From contig CM082579.2 of assembly GCA_040954595.2 (NCBI GenBank), positions 7,925,625 through 7,989,624 on the forward strand: a stretch of DNA of 64,000 bases, written 5' to 3'. Shown here one piece after another: positions 12,233 through 27,100 of this stretch (positions are counted from its first letter, which is position 1; every line of letters starts with the position of its first letter). The notes beneath the pieces are model-generated. The model saw only the letters and a program-made list of their open reading frames with translations, did not search any database and was not told the origin of the DNA. The position numbers and the translations under genes were made by a program. The DNA comes from Balanoglossus misakiensis. Taxonomy: Eukaryota > Animalia > Hemichordata.

Positions 12233-15200
12233 GTAAGCCCCACTATTATGCATATCTATTATTCTTCAAAGTGTTCTTTTATTGTCAAGCTGATCAGCCA
12301 GGTCCCCGGTCTGCTCGCTCCGCGCTAGCAGGGCTGCCCCCCCCCCCCCTCTCCGCTCCGAAGGCGACCGAAATCCGCGCAAAAGTTTGCTGCGGACGGC
12401 GAAAATTGTCTTAACCGTTGTGAAGCGATCGGAAATAGCTCGTAAGCTGTGTAGGCCGATCGGAGGAAGTGATCAATGCATAGTCTATGTTGTGAAATCG
12501 GCGCTGCCATTAACAATTACAATAATGTCGCTACAGCTTTGTGCACGCCGCAGCCGCGGCTCACATTTCACAGGCCGGGCCCTTCCCCCCTGTCTGCCCC
12601 GATCAAACCGTTTTTTCGGAGGGGCCGTGACGCCGACACGGTCCCTACATAAAAAGCCACAAAACAACTCCGAGAGCTTCTCCAAATGATAATCTAATCA
12701 GAACACCGATAAACGTCCCCCCGTCCACTTCGCTATGCACGCACCGGTTACTATAATAGGAAGCCTTCTCCTCGTGTGGAGTGTATGGTCACGATTAATC
12801 ACAAAAGTTCCCAACAGGAAGAGCGGTTGACATGTCAACAAGGAAAATTTATTTACGTGATGTTATTCCAGTGAAAAAGAGACCGTGAAAAAAATGAGGT
12901 GAAGGTAATTCCTAAATCGCCAGTACTAAAATTTATCGTCTGCTCAATACAAGATTTTTAATCCAGGTTTTTAAGTCACTTAAAAATAACAGCTCGCAGT
13001 GAGCTACATCTCGCTGACTAATTATTTGTTTCTATTTGAATAAACCGTAAGAATAATTAATAAATAAAATATGAATAACAAAGCACAGAAACCGGAAGGC
13101 ACATTTTCTCAGCTGATAGAAGTCTGGGTTTTCCTGAAAATGGGCCTCATGCGGTTTTAACTTGAGCATTACCGTCCAATAACTTAATTTAAGGAATTGC
13201 TGGAGGAAATTTGAATTGAATCTGGGAAGGAAAATTGTGAATAATATTGCCCATCGCGGAGAGTAATTCTGTGGAAATAGGATTTCGTGGGAGTGTATAT
13301 GTACAGAAAAAAAACGCAATCATTGGGGTGGCAGTCTGCAGTAGTTTATGAGGGCTCTTCAGAACAGTGAACAAGTTGATTGTCTGGGCACCCGTCAGAC
13401 TGTCACTCCTCCAAGAGAGAGGGAATCTCTCCACTCATTCGGAGTATACATGTACCCCAGCAGCGAAATATGTGCTTCCCTGGCACTAGGAAATATTACT
13501 ATTTTAATACGAGGCAGGTACGGGGGAGGGGATGATGTCTTGATCAATATCTGTACGGGGGTGGTGTACGTTTCAGTTGCATCGTGCCAGCGAATGTAGT
13601 AACCTTGGACATGCTGAAATCAGGTCACCCCCCCCCCATTGAAACAGTTTCCAAACCCACCGCACATGCTGTTGGCACCTTTATTCTTTTCAAACGACAC
13701 TGAAGTCATCTTGACAGCAGAAGTGCTTTAATTAAACCACCCCCTTCTTCATTTTCAACACGGTGCCCGAGACAAAAAAAGAGAAAGATTTTTGAGTAAG
13801 TGGTAACCATAGCGACCTCTTTGTGGAAAGTATTCAAAGTATGCGAAAATTACAGCCTTTGGTCTTGTCGGCGTCTGATGGGAGTTGTCTATTTGAGTTA
13901 TGATGCTGCCACGACCTGCAGCCACGACTATCTCCCTGTGATGTGGCGGTCGGTCGGGCCAGCGCAAAGGGGCCAGCACTTGATCTGAGGCTGCCGCACT
14001 GTACAGGTCATTGTTTATTTGGCCCCAGGCTATGCGCAGGATATGGATGGATGGCCGGTGCAGTCACTTAGCTGGTCGACTCCGCCGTTCCGACCGCTGC
14101 CACATCTAATAGTCATGTCACACTTCCACAAACCACTATTCCTCAGTTTATTCAAAACGCATTGTTTGCTGGCTACCATATACACGTACAGACAAAAAAA
14201 AACAACCAACCACACTTATTAGATACAAATGTACCTATTTTTAGATCGCGGGCTTTGCTTTTGAGTGAATGCAAAGTCATAACGTACATTTCATTAATAA
14301 TTCACGGAGACACAATCTTGGCTGGACCGCTGGTTAGCAGAATTCAGATTAAAATTCACCCAACCCACAAGCGCACACAAACACATAAATATCCAGGTTG
14401 TCATGTGAAAGTCTTGACTTTAATTAATAGAAAACTGACTTAAGGAAAACCTCTGATAAGGAAACTGGCGATATTGTCATGGAAACCACAGAATGTCATT
14501 TGATTCTCATTGTACAACTTGTGTAGTACCTTGCCAAGAGCAGTTTGAGGTCAGGGGTCAAAGGTCAGATGTATAATTTAACTGTAATTCACTGCACCGC
14601 ATTTGGCAATAAATGAAGCGAGTTGAAAGGTAGCTTTATTTTAGAGTCCTTGAGAGGGCAGGCCAGCTAATATGCTTATGGTATTTCGTCATGTTTAGGT
14701 TTTGTGTTTTATGTGCTTTTTCAGAATGCATGATTCCCAAAGCAAAAAATATTTGCCTCATAATGCACAGATGTCATGTTTGTTTAATGTGCATAATTGC
14801 TGATGACATATGACTGCATGGACTTTTGTATGTTGTAGAAATGCATATCACATTAAAGTGTCCACTTATTGTTCCATGCTGCAGGCACCACTGAACTAAA
14901 GTGTTGAAGCAGAATATTTTGTTAATTATACAAATGAAATTCCGACAATTAAGACTGAAGGTGATCAAAATACTGACAAATGCAGAAGAATACCATTTGT
15001 ATATAAAATATTGACATACATTTATACAGAAAGATAATATTTACAGAAATATTGATATATACTAATCCAGATGAAATACTATTTGTAGAGAAAAATACAT
15101 ATTACAAATGAAAATGCTATTTACAGATGAAACTCCGACTTGGAATTCTAAAATACAATACAACTTTTTAATGTCAAAGAAATGCAGAAGTGAGTAAACA

Positions 15201-18092
15201 TTGTAAATTTACAAAAAAATTGGCATGACAAAAAATAAAAGTTTTGAGATCTTGAGATTGGGAGATGTGACAATGACAATGGAGGAACTGATCCCTGCCA
15301 TATTAATATTTGATGCAATCAAAAAACATGCAACATGGTTTTAGAAAACGCACCAATAAAAAAAATATGTTGTACTTACCTACCCCAACCTGTTTTTGTG
15401 AAGCATCATGTTATGAAAACCTGCATGATTTCTTTCTTGGGCTGTGTGTGGATTGTGCATGTGATTTGGAAGTGCTGGTACCTCTCTTGTTGATGAGAAC
15501 AGCGTGAGGAAAACTCACGTTGGTAATCGCAACTTTGCAGTACATGCACTTGTTTTGATAAAATTGGAATGATTTTTCCGTGTGTCTGCGGAGAGTAGAA
15601 AACAGCATGACGACTGCATGTTATAGACTCTCCACGTACGTCTTTTTTTATTTCAAACCAAGAACCACTTGTGACTTCATCATGTTAAGGTGTGAAAGCG
15701 CCAGTGGTGCTCTACATTCACACATCTGGTTGGCGATATGTCAAGTACCCTGACCAGGCTCTGGTGACCTTTGACCCCCAGTGCCAGACACTCAAATCAG
15801 TGCCGCAGTACAAGTATAAATCTGCCCCCCTCAGTACTATCAAAGCTAAGCGTGTTCTTTTGCAGACCGCTGTTCCTCCGACCGCCCTCCCTCCCTCTTT
15901 CCCCCCCAAGTGCCACGCAAAGCTTTCACCCAAAACTGAAACTTAATAATCGCGAAAGTTTTACATTCCACAAATGCACAGAAACCAGGTCGTAAATTTT
16001 TGTTCGCGTTGTCGATTCTCTAAATCTGTCTAGGATTATAGACACGGCTACCGACACAAAGTAAACAGGATGGAAAAGTTATAATTGCTGTGCTATATAA
16101 AGCACAATTTCATCAAAGCACAATTTCATGGTTATGTTTATTTCCTCCCCCCCTCCCCCCATACAGGATTTGACGTAACAAGGGGGGGGGGAAACAAAAG
16201 CAGAAGTCAAAACAATCGGAAAATACAGGAAGTGTTCGGCCTGTCAGTTCCTGTCTCCCTGCGTCGGTTCACCCGATTCTGACTCCACACCCAGGATACT
16301 CACTTGCAATTAATCACAATGGGGACAGGACTTTTGTGACTTGAGATCTCCGCAGTGGTATTCCATGAATGCTCTCCGGTGCTTTGCCACCCGGAATCTT
16401 TTCTTCTTCCCCCTGGAGAACTCTGGAACGGATCCATCCAGAGATCCTGTTGACCAAAATATCAAATAAACACTCATTTTTTCTTCCTTATTGACAAATT
16501 CAAATTTGACAAATTTGCACACTGTATTATAAGATACTTGGGATGTGAAAATTTGTAGGTCAGTGTCAATATAACCATGTGTACCCCCCCCCCCCCCAAA
16601 AGCACACATAATAATTCTTATTGCTATTCCTAAAAGCCATTGTATCCCCCAACATCTTTGTCTTTGTTGAATAATAACAAGAGTTATTTGACCATTGAAA
16701 TCATTGTGAATATCACTTCTGACGTGCGAGTATCATCAACACACAAATATTACCTTAATTGTACTTAATTGTTTTAGCCTGAATCAGTGGTTGCATCATA
16801 TTAAAATTGCGTTTTCTTTGATGTTTTGTATTGTGTGTATCGGCAGCTGTTGTCGCAGAAATGGCCGATTGCCGTGGCTATGCAAATTTCTCCCGTCGCT
16901 GCTTTCTGGTATATCACACGTCGCATACATAACAGCACTTCAGAAGTGAGCTTACTACACTCACTTATACAGCAGTGTGACTGAGCTGAATCAAAGTGAC
17001 TGTGCAGTCAGTTGCCAGTCGCAAGTCTGTCAATCACAACTACTCCAGTGCTACTCTGACATGATATACAGTACAGGCACATGTAGTGTGAGTGTACAGG
17101 TAAAATAAATCTAGGACCTGGACGTGGGTTAGATTTGCTCTATGTCCACATTTATACATTTGATGTTAGCACGTCTAAACAGCGCAATGAACAGTGTCTT
17201 CTCCGCGTCAAAATTAACCGAGAAAGCTCCAAATTGCAGGGATATCGAAAATACAACCTTATAGTGTCTTGAAACCTTGCCTCGGATATAGTGCAGCTGT
17301 CTTTAACACTTGCTTAAGTTTTCCGTCAAGAAGTTACTTATTTTATGCTAATTCCTAGGTACACAGCTACACTCACATCATTTTATTGTGCAAATGACTT
17401 ACAGCTGAGATTTTTAAAAAGTACATTGTAGTATACGGAGTCAGTCATCACTGTTTGTGCATTCCCGTTCGTCTGTTGAATTGATAAGGCATATTATCAG
17501 AAGCATAATTTGATAAACCTGGTTTAGTGGCCGTGTTACCAAATATCCTTCAAATTGAACAACATTTTCTTGTATTACATTGTAATTTATCGCACTATCA
17601 GCACAGTCTGCATTCCAAACGCCCACAAGGAAGTTACTGTGCAAGACAGTACTAATGTGTCAACGAACAGTGTCTGTAATTTTTTTTGGCAATTTTTCGC
17701 AGTACGTTTAGACTGTATATATCACCAGTTCCGTGTTTTACTAGGTGCGTTCCTGCTCTGGAGTTTGCCCAGGCAATTCACTGTTTGGGTAAATTCATTG
17801 GTTAATTATACAGCAATGTTGTTGTTGACAGCTTAATTTGTTTATCTAAACGTTGATTAAATATTCATTAGCAACTCCATAGCACCCAACAACAGCAGTG
17901 ATTAGGCCCAGCTATTATGGGCAGTTTAGACATGTTTCAGTGATTAGAACAGAAAAATGCAGTTTCTGCACGGAACAAAACCCTGTAATATTATACAATG
18001 ATATTTTTAAAAGGTATATCAATTGTGATTCCATCTCATTTGTAAAGAGACTCTCTGTCACACACCCACAGACATGCACACGTACATACACA

Positions 18093-18124
<32 letters not shown>

Positions 18125-21100
18125 TACCAGTGTATCACCATTCCCCAGTCCCAACCATTGACATCCCCACGGTAGACTAAAATCGACTTTAATACACCAC
18201 ATAGCTGTTATTAAAATGGCAGTATCCACCAAACAAAGGGAGACAAAAAAAAAATGCTGAAGGAATTATTAGCTGCAGAGCGAAAATATAACATGAAGAC
18301 ATTTTGTGGATATGTTAAAGGGATATAAATCGTTAGGCAGTTGTTAGAGAGTGATTGATGTGTTGATTTGCTGTGGCAATCTGCCCTGAATTTCAATTGT
18401 GCGTTGAAGGCCATCAGTGTCGGAAAGCCCTCACACACATCAATATTCCATTATTCTGTTTTTTCCCACAAACCACAGCACCAAGGATTTGCTCCCCAAG
18501 GACACGACTACATCAAGCTGTATCCAAAATTATATTGGAATGTCGCGACGATGGCAAAATTTTAAATAGGGGTATTTTTGTCAGGAGTCTGTACGTTCTG
18601 ATCTGATTTGTACACTTTTGAACTCGATGACTTTCGTGTTTTGAACTGGATGGCAGAAAGCTTTAAGTGGGCGTCGAAAATTCAAGATCAAAAGTATAAT
18701 AATAGTTGTCCTTGCAATTGGATGCCTGCTTGTTCATGCATGCATCATTTTTTTCAAAATATTAATTTTATTTCACTGCAGACCTTGCTTTTGGCCCTGT
18801 ACTCGCAGCGGCCCCATGAGAAACTGTGTTTTAATTGTGAAGCTGTTTGTCACAATAGTAATTAAGCCATCAAAAGGATCATGATGACATCTCAATACAC
18901 CCAATCTGTTTTGTTTTAACACTCGTGAAGTGTACACTCTGTTTTGCTGAGATGCATAATCTGAAAATAAATCGACATTTCGCGACACAAACACCTATTA
19001 ACTCTTGTTTTTCGAGAAAATGTTTTCTTCTCTTTGAGCCGTAACCAAAATAACTTTGTTTTGTTGTGCCAATTACACACTTCTAGAACCACTTTAATCA
19101 AGTCAACGCGTAGACCAACCGAGAGCAGACAGTAACTGTGGGTGTAGTATGTCTCAAGGACAATTGTCACTTCCTCACACCGCTATTGCCAAGTCATCGT
19201 ACATGTGTCTTTTTCACAAGACACTGGCCACCCTTCACTAGAAGTACCACCATACCATTAGCCTCTGAGCCTCGTCTCAGTTCAGACTGTGGGACACTTT
19301 CCACCGCTTCTGATAAATAACAGGGCTGTCCAAGAAATTGTCTCGCGGTAATTGCGTAAGGTTGTTGTACACTTGCGCTGTCCGAGTGCGTAATTGCCGA
19401 ATTATGCAAATTAAGTGACAGTGCCGGACGACAACAGTGCCACAGGACTCCCCGGCTCAGCTAAACCAGATTTTGAATGCCTTTGACAATGGCATTATTA
19501 CGTTTACGACTTGAATTGAACGGCGCAACGTTATTCACAGTGCAGTACTTAACACTTGTTTTTGTTGGCCGAAAACACTGCTGCGGAGGCTTCCAAGGGT
19601 GAAACATTTGCTTTAAAAAAAGTGTTGTCTTTTCAAAATGCCCAGTGGATATTTTTGTCTATAGTAATCTTCAGACGGGGATGTATCTCATTGATTGAAA
19701 AACTTGCCTGTGTTTGACACCTGCCTTTGAAAATGTTTATCGAATGGTGGTTATTGATACAAAACATTGCCTTTTTGTGCTTTTCATTGATGTAAACATT
19801 GCATTTATTGGCACTTACTGACGGAAAATATATCGCACTTGTTTGTAATCGATGACATGCTATGCCAGTGTTGACCGTCAAGGCCATGTCAATATTACCA
19901 AAAAAAAGTAGAACTGGAGATGGGTACAAGTATGTCTGTAGTGGAAACTTGTCAATATTCATACATGTACATGTACCTGTCCCGGTCTCCTTCGCTTTAG
20001 GACACTGCAATGCACGACACTACAAGTACAAGACCTTCAAAATAAAAAAAGAAACACTACTATAAAACACCTCCAAAAATACCACAACTCAGCAAATTAT
20101 ACCAGCATCATTTTTTATGTCCACCTTTTTTTAACAGACCGTATTGTTTCATGTTCTTTTGATGGCACAGCCAAGTCATCTCACACAGGTCGATGACATA
20201 TGACAATTCGCCATTCTCCGTTTCGAACCCATGGCCAACATTGGTGCTACTGCTTCATTTCAATTTTAAAGATGAAGGCTCAGCACCACTCCACGTATGG
20301 ATCCCTCAGATTAACACATTCGTTCGGTACCAGTCAGTATTTGAAATGCACCCTCCACCTTCGAGCCACTCCCCCGGACCGTTGCATATTCCACTCAGAA
20401 GGTACATGTATTGCATAGTTGTCCCACACAATAGGGTATTGCTAATACCCACAATGGGCAGACTTAGACTTCCCACTGACTGTTACCACACTGGGACATT
20501 ATTGCACAATTAATTGTCACATAACTGTAACGCTACTAATCATGGTTAAATATCATGCTAGTTGCTAATGGTTGTTGACACCCATGCAGTTGCTACCTGT
20601 ATGGCAATTAACCCTTTCACCACCATGGTTCAGTCCAAACCCATTGTTTTCTATGGTAATGTTGGACCTCTGAAGCGGGAACTGGGGTGTATTTCTTATC
20701 TATGCAATGTGTATGGTATGCTTCAGTGTAAAATAAAGATTGCAGACACTGTTGGATTTGATCTGATCATTAGCCTTCATCACAACTAATTCTTCGATCA
20801 TTTGATAATGCTGGAAGTTTGAATTAGGCCATGCTGATAAAATGTTATGTTTCTCTCCCCTCCAAATTTATTTAAAAGCACTGGTGAGATTTACTGTACA
20901 TGTTTAATGTCAAAGAAAATTGGAAATGATATGAAAAGTAATGATGCATTGCAAAGCTTAAAGCACAGTGAAATTCTTTGGGGGTTTTCGACCCTGCGGT
21001 ATTGCCAATGAAGCCACTGTTCTCTCCAGGAATTTTTGAACAGTATTGAGTTATTTGCATAACAGTGCATTTAACTGTCATTATAATGGGTTTCTGTTCA

Positions 21101-24100
21101 TGTTGTTTTCTCCGAAATGTTTTTAAGGGTAGTGGCACATACATGTACTCTTCAATTGCCCAGGGGGAAATCACTGTCAAAATTCTAAAAAAAAAAAATA
21201 GTTGACTTGTAGTGTTTCCAAAAAAAATATTTGGGATGTGGACGTGAAACACTGGAATTTAATTACCTAGGTCTAGTGGTAGGAAGCTTGACTCTCACCC
21301 AGAACAACTTTATCTGATGCCTTGTTAAATGCTGATCCAGTTAACCTCACTTTCTGAGAAACTGAAGCTATACATGTGTGTTGGCCAAATGAATGTCAGA
21401 TGTCATTTGGTTTTAATTTAATAATTATTAAAGAAAAAAAAACGAAACCCACAGCTTGAAATGGTCATATGATTTGAACTGAATCATGCATATGCTGACT
21501 TGACAAGCAATTATTACTTTTTTTTTTCACTTCCCAGTGTGTGTCATATCAAATTATTACTCTTCACGTTAATTAGAATAAAACAGTGTTGCCATGGCGA
21601 CTCCGTTTCCATTATGTGGCTGCCATCACTCATGGTTATCATTGGTCTATTATTTCTGTTTCATCACTGGATGGAAAGAGCAGGTTCTAATTTATTAGGC
21701 TCGCTGAAGGGGATAGGGCAAGGGGCCACAGATAGGATTCCAGGTGGTAAAATTGTAACAGTTTCATGGCATGTGAAATGTTGTTTATTTAGTAGTGTGT
21801 GTAAGCAGTGAGTGTTTAGTCGGTTGTTTTTGTTTTCTGTTAACCCTTTCACCACCATGGTTTGGTCCAAATCCACAATGTTTTCTATGCTAAAGTTGGA
21901 CCTCTACACAGGAAAACAGGGGTGAAAGCGTTAATTTTCAAAAGTTGAGTGACACACAGATGGAAAACTGCAATTTTGTAGAATAGGTTGCACTCCTCAG
22001 ACCTGTAGATACGTCAAAAATATGCCACTCTACTGACCTCCATTTTTGTTTTTAAATACTTGTAAAAATCAATAAAAAGACACGCCATTTCATATTGATG
22101 TTTCACAAAAACATCACAGTCATAACAAAACCTTTGTATCATATCACATACTGATCTTGGCGTTATCCTTTTTTTTTGTAACCAAGTGGGTTTATTGTTT
22201 TTGCAGAGTTAATCTCTAAAATCCTCCTTTTTTTGACATGTCTGCAACCTGACATAGTACATGAGAATTCACCCATAATAAAGTTCCCATCGATGGCGAA
22301 TCCTATTTGAGATTTAGTCAAATAGAGTTTGACACGTAGTCCGACGGGTTTGAATTCCTGTGCAGTACCCACCCACCCCCTAGTCAAATTAAATCATCTT
22401 GTGGTTACCCTGTGTCCATGGAAACAAGATCCACCTCAGTGGTGCATGAAGAGAATAGGTGGCCAAGCATACGAGGCACTACTGAAGGGAGAAAGTTGCT
22501 AGCTGTTGACACCATGTTGTATATTTTTTTGTTTCGCTTCCAATTTATGTTCTGTCCACCGATTCCCTGGTTGTTACAGATACATACATTACAGCTCGTG
22601 TCCTACCACAGGGGTCATGAAATGTAAACAGTTCCTTGGAAGTATTTAGGTGTCATGTCTGACACAATTGTGCGAGATCAGTTCCTGCAGTCAACAGTTC
22701 AACGTGTACACATGAAGTAGTGTATCTTGTTCCTCCTCTTACAAAAATAACCAATATAATGTCAAAGATAATGACTGTGTTCCTTTAATACAAACCAATA
22801 TAATGTCAAAGGTAGTGACTGTGTCCCTTTAATACAAACCAATATAATGTCAAAGGTAGTGACTGTGTCCCTTTAATACAAACCAATATAATGTCAAAGG
22901 TTGTGACTGTGTTCCTTTAATACAAACTCGATCCTCGTAGGCCGGTTGATGGATGTGGAAAAATTGTCAACGTAATCGAAAAATGATTGCCAAATCAGAG
23001 ATTAAAATCAAACGATGCAAATATGATTATCGCTGTAATCTAAGAATCAGGGCAAGTTGTGATTTGAAATGTGACAGAGGCAATTAGATTATTGCAGTCC
23101 TGTAAAAATGTTTTTTTTTAAAGAAAAAGTAAAATGAGAAATGCACAGTTTTATAAAATGTAAAATGCTGGGTGAGCACCAGGGAATTGCACAGAATTCA
23201 AAGCAGTTTGGACTTTAGACCGAAGAGGTAATTGTTAGAAACCAAAAGAATGACAAATATTTAATATATCACAGACGTTAAATAAAAACATTTTTTTTTC
23301 TTCGTAAATTGTAACATGTATTAGGGGAGTTTAGTATTCTTAGGGGGGGTTTTGTCTGTTACTCTGACATCATACGGGCTTTGTTATGTTAATTTGTTCA
23401 TATGAACTTAACTGTGTGCCATGATCAGTTTATATTGCTGACGGCTACCAATTAAATTACCTGCGCAAAATATGTTGATACCGGGAAACACGACCTGAAT
23501 TATGGATCACGCCAGCAAATCACGGCCTCACCTTGTCCTCAGAGTCGATCAGTTTAAATCTGTCCGACAACCCGACTGTTTTTGTTTGAAATGCGAGTGG
23601 GAATTCCATAGCTGTGTGGATATTTTGCAACTCGACAAACACGCCACCCCTAACATCAATAAACCTGCTCAAATACTGTGTGCCATGCAGCCATGCCTTG
23701 GCTAAACAGTCACCAAGGTAGATTTTTTTCTCTCCGTTTCGCCAAAGAATAATTGACACCGTGTCATCGATGGTTTAGCTTTGACGGGGAAATTTAAACA
23801 AACCGGTTCTGAATGAGCGCGTTGTAAGTCAGATACAGTATAGGATTACTCGTATTGTTCACCAGGTTTTGCATCGTTCATAGGTTTTAAAAACCCTAAT
23901 GCACGGGTGAACGAATGAAGTGGTTGCTGGCCTTTTTTTGACAGAACTGGTCGATTCCACTTTTCAGGGCTAAATAATGGCAGACTTTTACGTTCAGATT
24001 AAAGTCTTTGTTTGTGGGCAGTGAGAGTTATTTTTTGATGAAGTAATAAAGGCCGCCCACACTGACTAGCAGTTGTAAAAAAAACGACATCAGGTGTCTA

Positions 24101-27100
24101 GGTGCGAGCTGTATGCATTGCAGTAATAATTATTGAGGCCTTGGAGAGGGGAGGGAGGGGGGGAGGGGGCAATACTGAGTGGCTAATTGCCTGAGACAGT
24201 CGCTACGGTTACACATATTCACAGAGCCAAGAATGCAATCGTAAGAGTGTCAAAATAGGAATTTCTACGGAAAGCAATATCGACGAGGATTCTCGCTGGG
24301 ATGATGAAAAATCACTACTGGATGTTGTCTGTTCGTGCAGACTCTGTCAATGTTGAGCTGCTAAGATATTATCTGTTGAAAAATGCATCTGATAGAGAGC
24401 TTATCAAGGTATTGATTAATGCCTATGCTATTGGCGGTGAGTTGACCCTATCATCCGAATCCTCATACATCTTGTAAATGTCTTAACATACTCTTATTGT
24501 CTCTTAAAAACAGCAGTTCTAGGGGAATCCGCACTCACAAAAAAAGACAAGTGATGTTAAAGATCACAAAAAAAGCATGCAATGAATATTGTAACAAAAA
24601 CACGTCAAAAAACAGGTCTTAATATGCATATATTAATATTCATATATATGGCTTGATATTTGCATTATAACTGTAATTTAATAATGTTGGTGATCCTCTA
24701 TCAGACATAATCAGTCACCCATGAAATTTCATTCTTCTCCTCTGACTGACTGAGAATGTCAGAAATTGTAAAAAAAAAAATTGGCACGGATAGAAAAGCA
24801 AATACTAGAATGTCTATTAATTAAATACTGTCAGGTTTCATTGTGTGGTCACAGTTGAACTTAATTAAGAAAATCAGAGACAGGTTCAGAAATGTGCCAC
24901 TCAAAATTTAATATACATGTACATTTTATGTTAAGTACAACTGTATTAAGTAAGTACTAGTACATGTGTGTCTAAATGCTGTACCCCTTTAGTAAAATTA
25001 TGCCTAGTTTTCAAGAAATAAAAAAAAATACTTTTTGTCATTGTGAAAATAATATATTCAGAAATTATTTTTAGTGTTAAATTTCTAAAGCTACATGTAA
25101 GTTGTGTGGTTTTCCAATTCCAGTTAGGAAGATATTGCAACCCACTTCTGTAAATGAATTCTGTTTGTTTGTTATATTTATAGATCAGAATTATTACACT
25201 CATTGCCTTGTACCGGTTATGCACCTCGAGTTCAGTTCACGACTGGTCATGGACAAATCTGTATATCAGTATCATCACTATTCAGGCGAGAGTTTTCATT
25301 AAAGTTTTGTATCAAGGTTGCAGGAATACGGCCTTTGAAAGGACTATCTTGTCGGGTTGTAAACATGTCTATATTATGGCAGTGAGTCTGATGAATGTTG
25401 GGGCTTAGTCAGGAGAGGGTGTTTAGGATGTTGACTTTCTGTGATAAAATTAATGGCATTATGAAAATTAAGAGGGGCGGATAATTTACATAATATTAGC
25501 ATATCATTTGCATAAAATTAACATAATGTTTCTTTGTATTTGTGGAATGCACCAGAGTGACCATACGCTGAGCCAGGTACATGACCCCCAGCCCAGGACA
25601 AGTAACAACGAAATCTCGATGTCCCAAAATATTTTGCTCTAACTTCACAGAATTTCAAACAAAAGTCAAAGGAGTGACATTTTAAGATACAAAGATATAA
25701 ATATAAGTATGTAGACATACTGTCAAAAACACGGTCGCGCGCGTTCGACTGACCGCGACCGTGCGCGTACATCGCGTCCACAGCTCAATGCAGTAGTTGG
25801 CTGGGTCCCCGATCGCGCGCGCGACCACCCGCTCTCGACATCGGCTCCAAAGTCGTTGTCACGGTCGGGATTACTAATGGCCTTGATCGGTATAAAATTG
25901 TAGTCAATGAAACCCCCCAAAATCGTAATCATTGTTGAAGTCGCTGTCATGAAAATGTCCAGTGAAAAATTTGCTGTCTTCCGGGTTTACAAAGTGAAGG
26001 AAGGACGCATACTGTCAAAGGTCACGTAATTAGGTCATGTCGATAACACGATCGTTTTTCTCTGGAACGTTCGACTGACATCATTTCCCGCGATCGGGCC
26101 GGTACTTTGAAATTGATCCGAATGTGTGAAACGGTTTCCATTTGCCATGCTAAGTGTCACTGTGGTGCATGACAAAGTGTGAACGACCATTTTGTTCACG
26201 TCCACCCCCAAAAGACGCTAGTATAAACACTATAAACCACAACGCGCGAGCTTTGTTTTCTACCGGGTAAAACAAAGGGGCGGTGTTGTCAAATGCAGGG
26301 GCGGCACATATGACAGAGGGGCGGCCGCAAAAAACAGAGGGGCGGGCCGCCCCTCAAAAACCCCCCGTGGAGAACCCTGAATGCTGTCAAATTTTCTATT
26401 TATTCTTCATTTTTGCATCTTTTTGTGGAGGTTTGGGTACAACCAAATCCCAACCGATGGGGAGGTCTTTTATAAATGAACCCATACTGTACTTTTATAT
26501 TACAAAACCCCCATTTCTGAAGTGGTTTGAGGTAGCAGTCATCCAGGGTGACTCTGCATTAACCAATGGTTGCAATCAAATTGACAGTAGTGATGTGAAG
26601 CTGACGGTGGTGGTAAAGTCGAGTTGATGTAATTCATCTTATCATAACAGTGATGTGCTTAATTTGATAAAGCTCAAGTAGAAAATGGAAAAATTATATA
26701 AATTGAGATGATGATGATGATGATGACTTGAGGATGATGATGAAGAAGATGAAGATTATGGCGGTAGGGGTGATGATGATGATACATTGTACATGTAATG
26801 TCAAGTTTACGGTGTTAAGGTCAAGTTGCTAACAGTTAAGTCAAGGTTAGGGTGGTTAAGGTAGTGTTGATGATGCGTATAAGTACAATGTTGGGTTCAA
26901 GTTGCAGATGGCGAGATGGCATATATCCCAAAGTTGTCAAAAATGAGCAGCAGGTCGATGCACTACTTCTCACAGTACAGTGGTCAGACCTCGCTTGATG
27001 TACTACATATACTGATACACTACATATAGCCCAGACTCAACCCACGTGATTTCGCTCATATTATTGAGAAAAAACCCCGGTTTAACCAAAGTGCGTGGAT

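Noticed and set aside
18463-23603. CSL/Su(H) sites GTGGGAA at 18463, 20470 and 23597 suggesting Notch autoregulation of MAML
   Set aside because: Three 7-mers in 15.6 kb is near chance expectation, and there is no paired-site arrangement.
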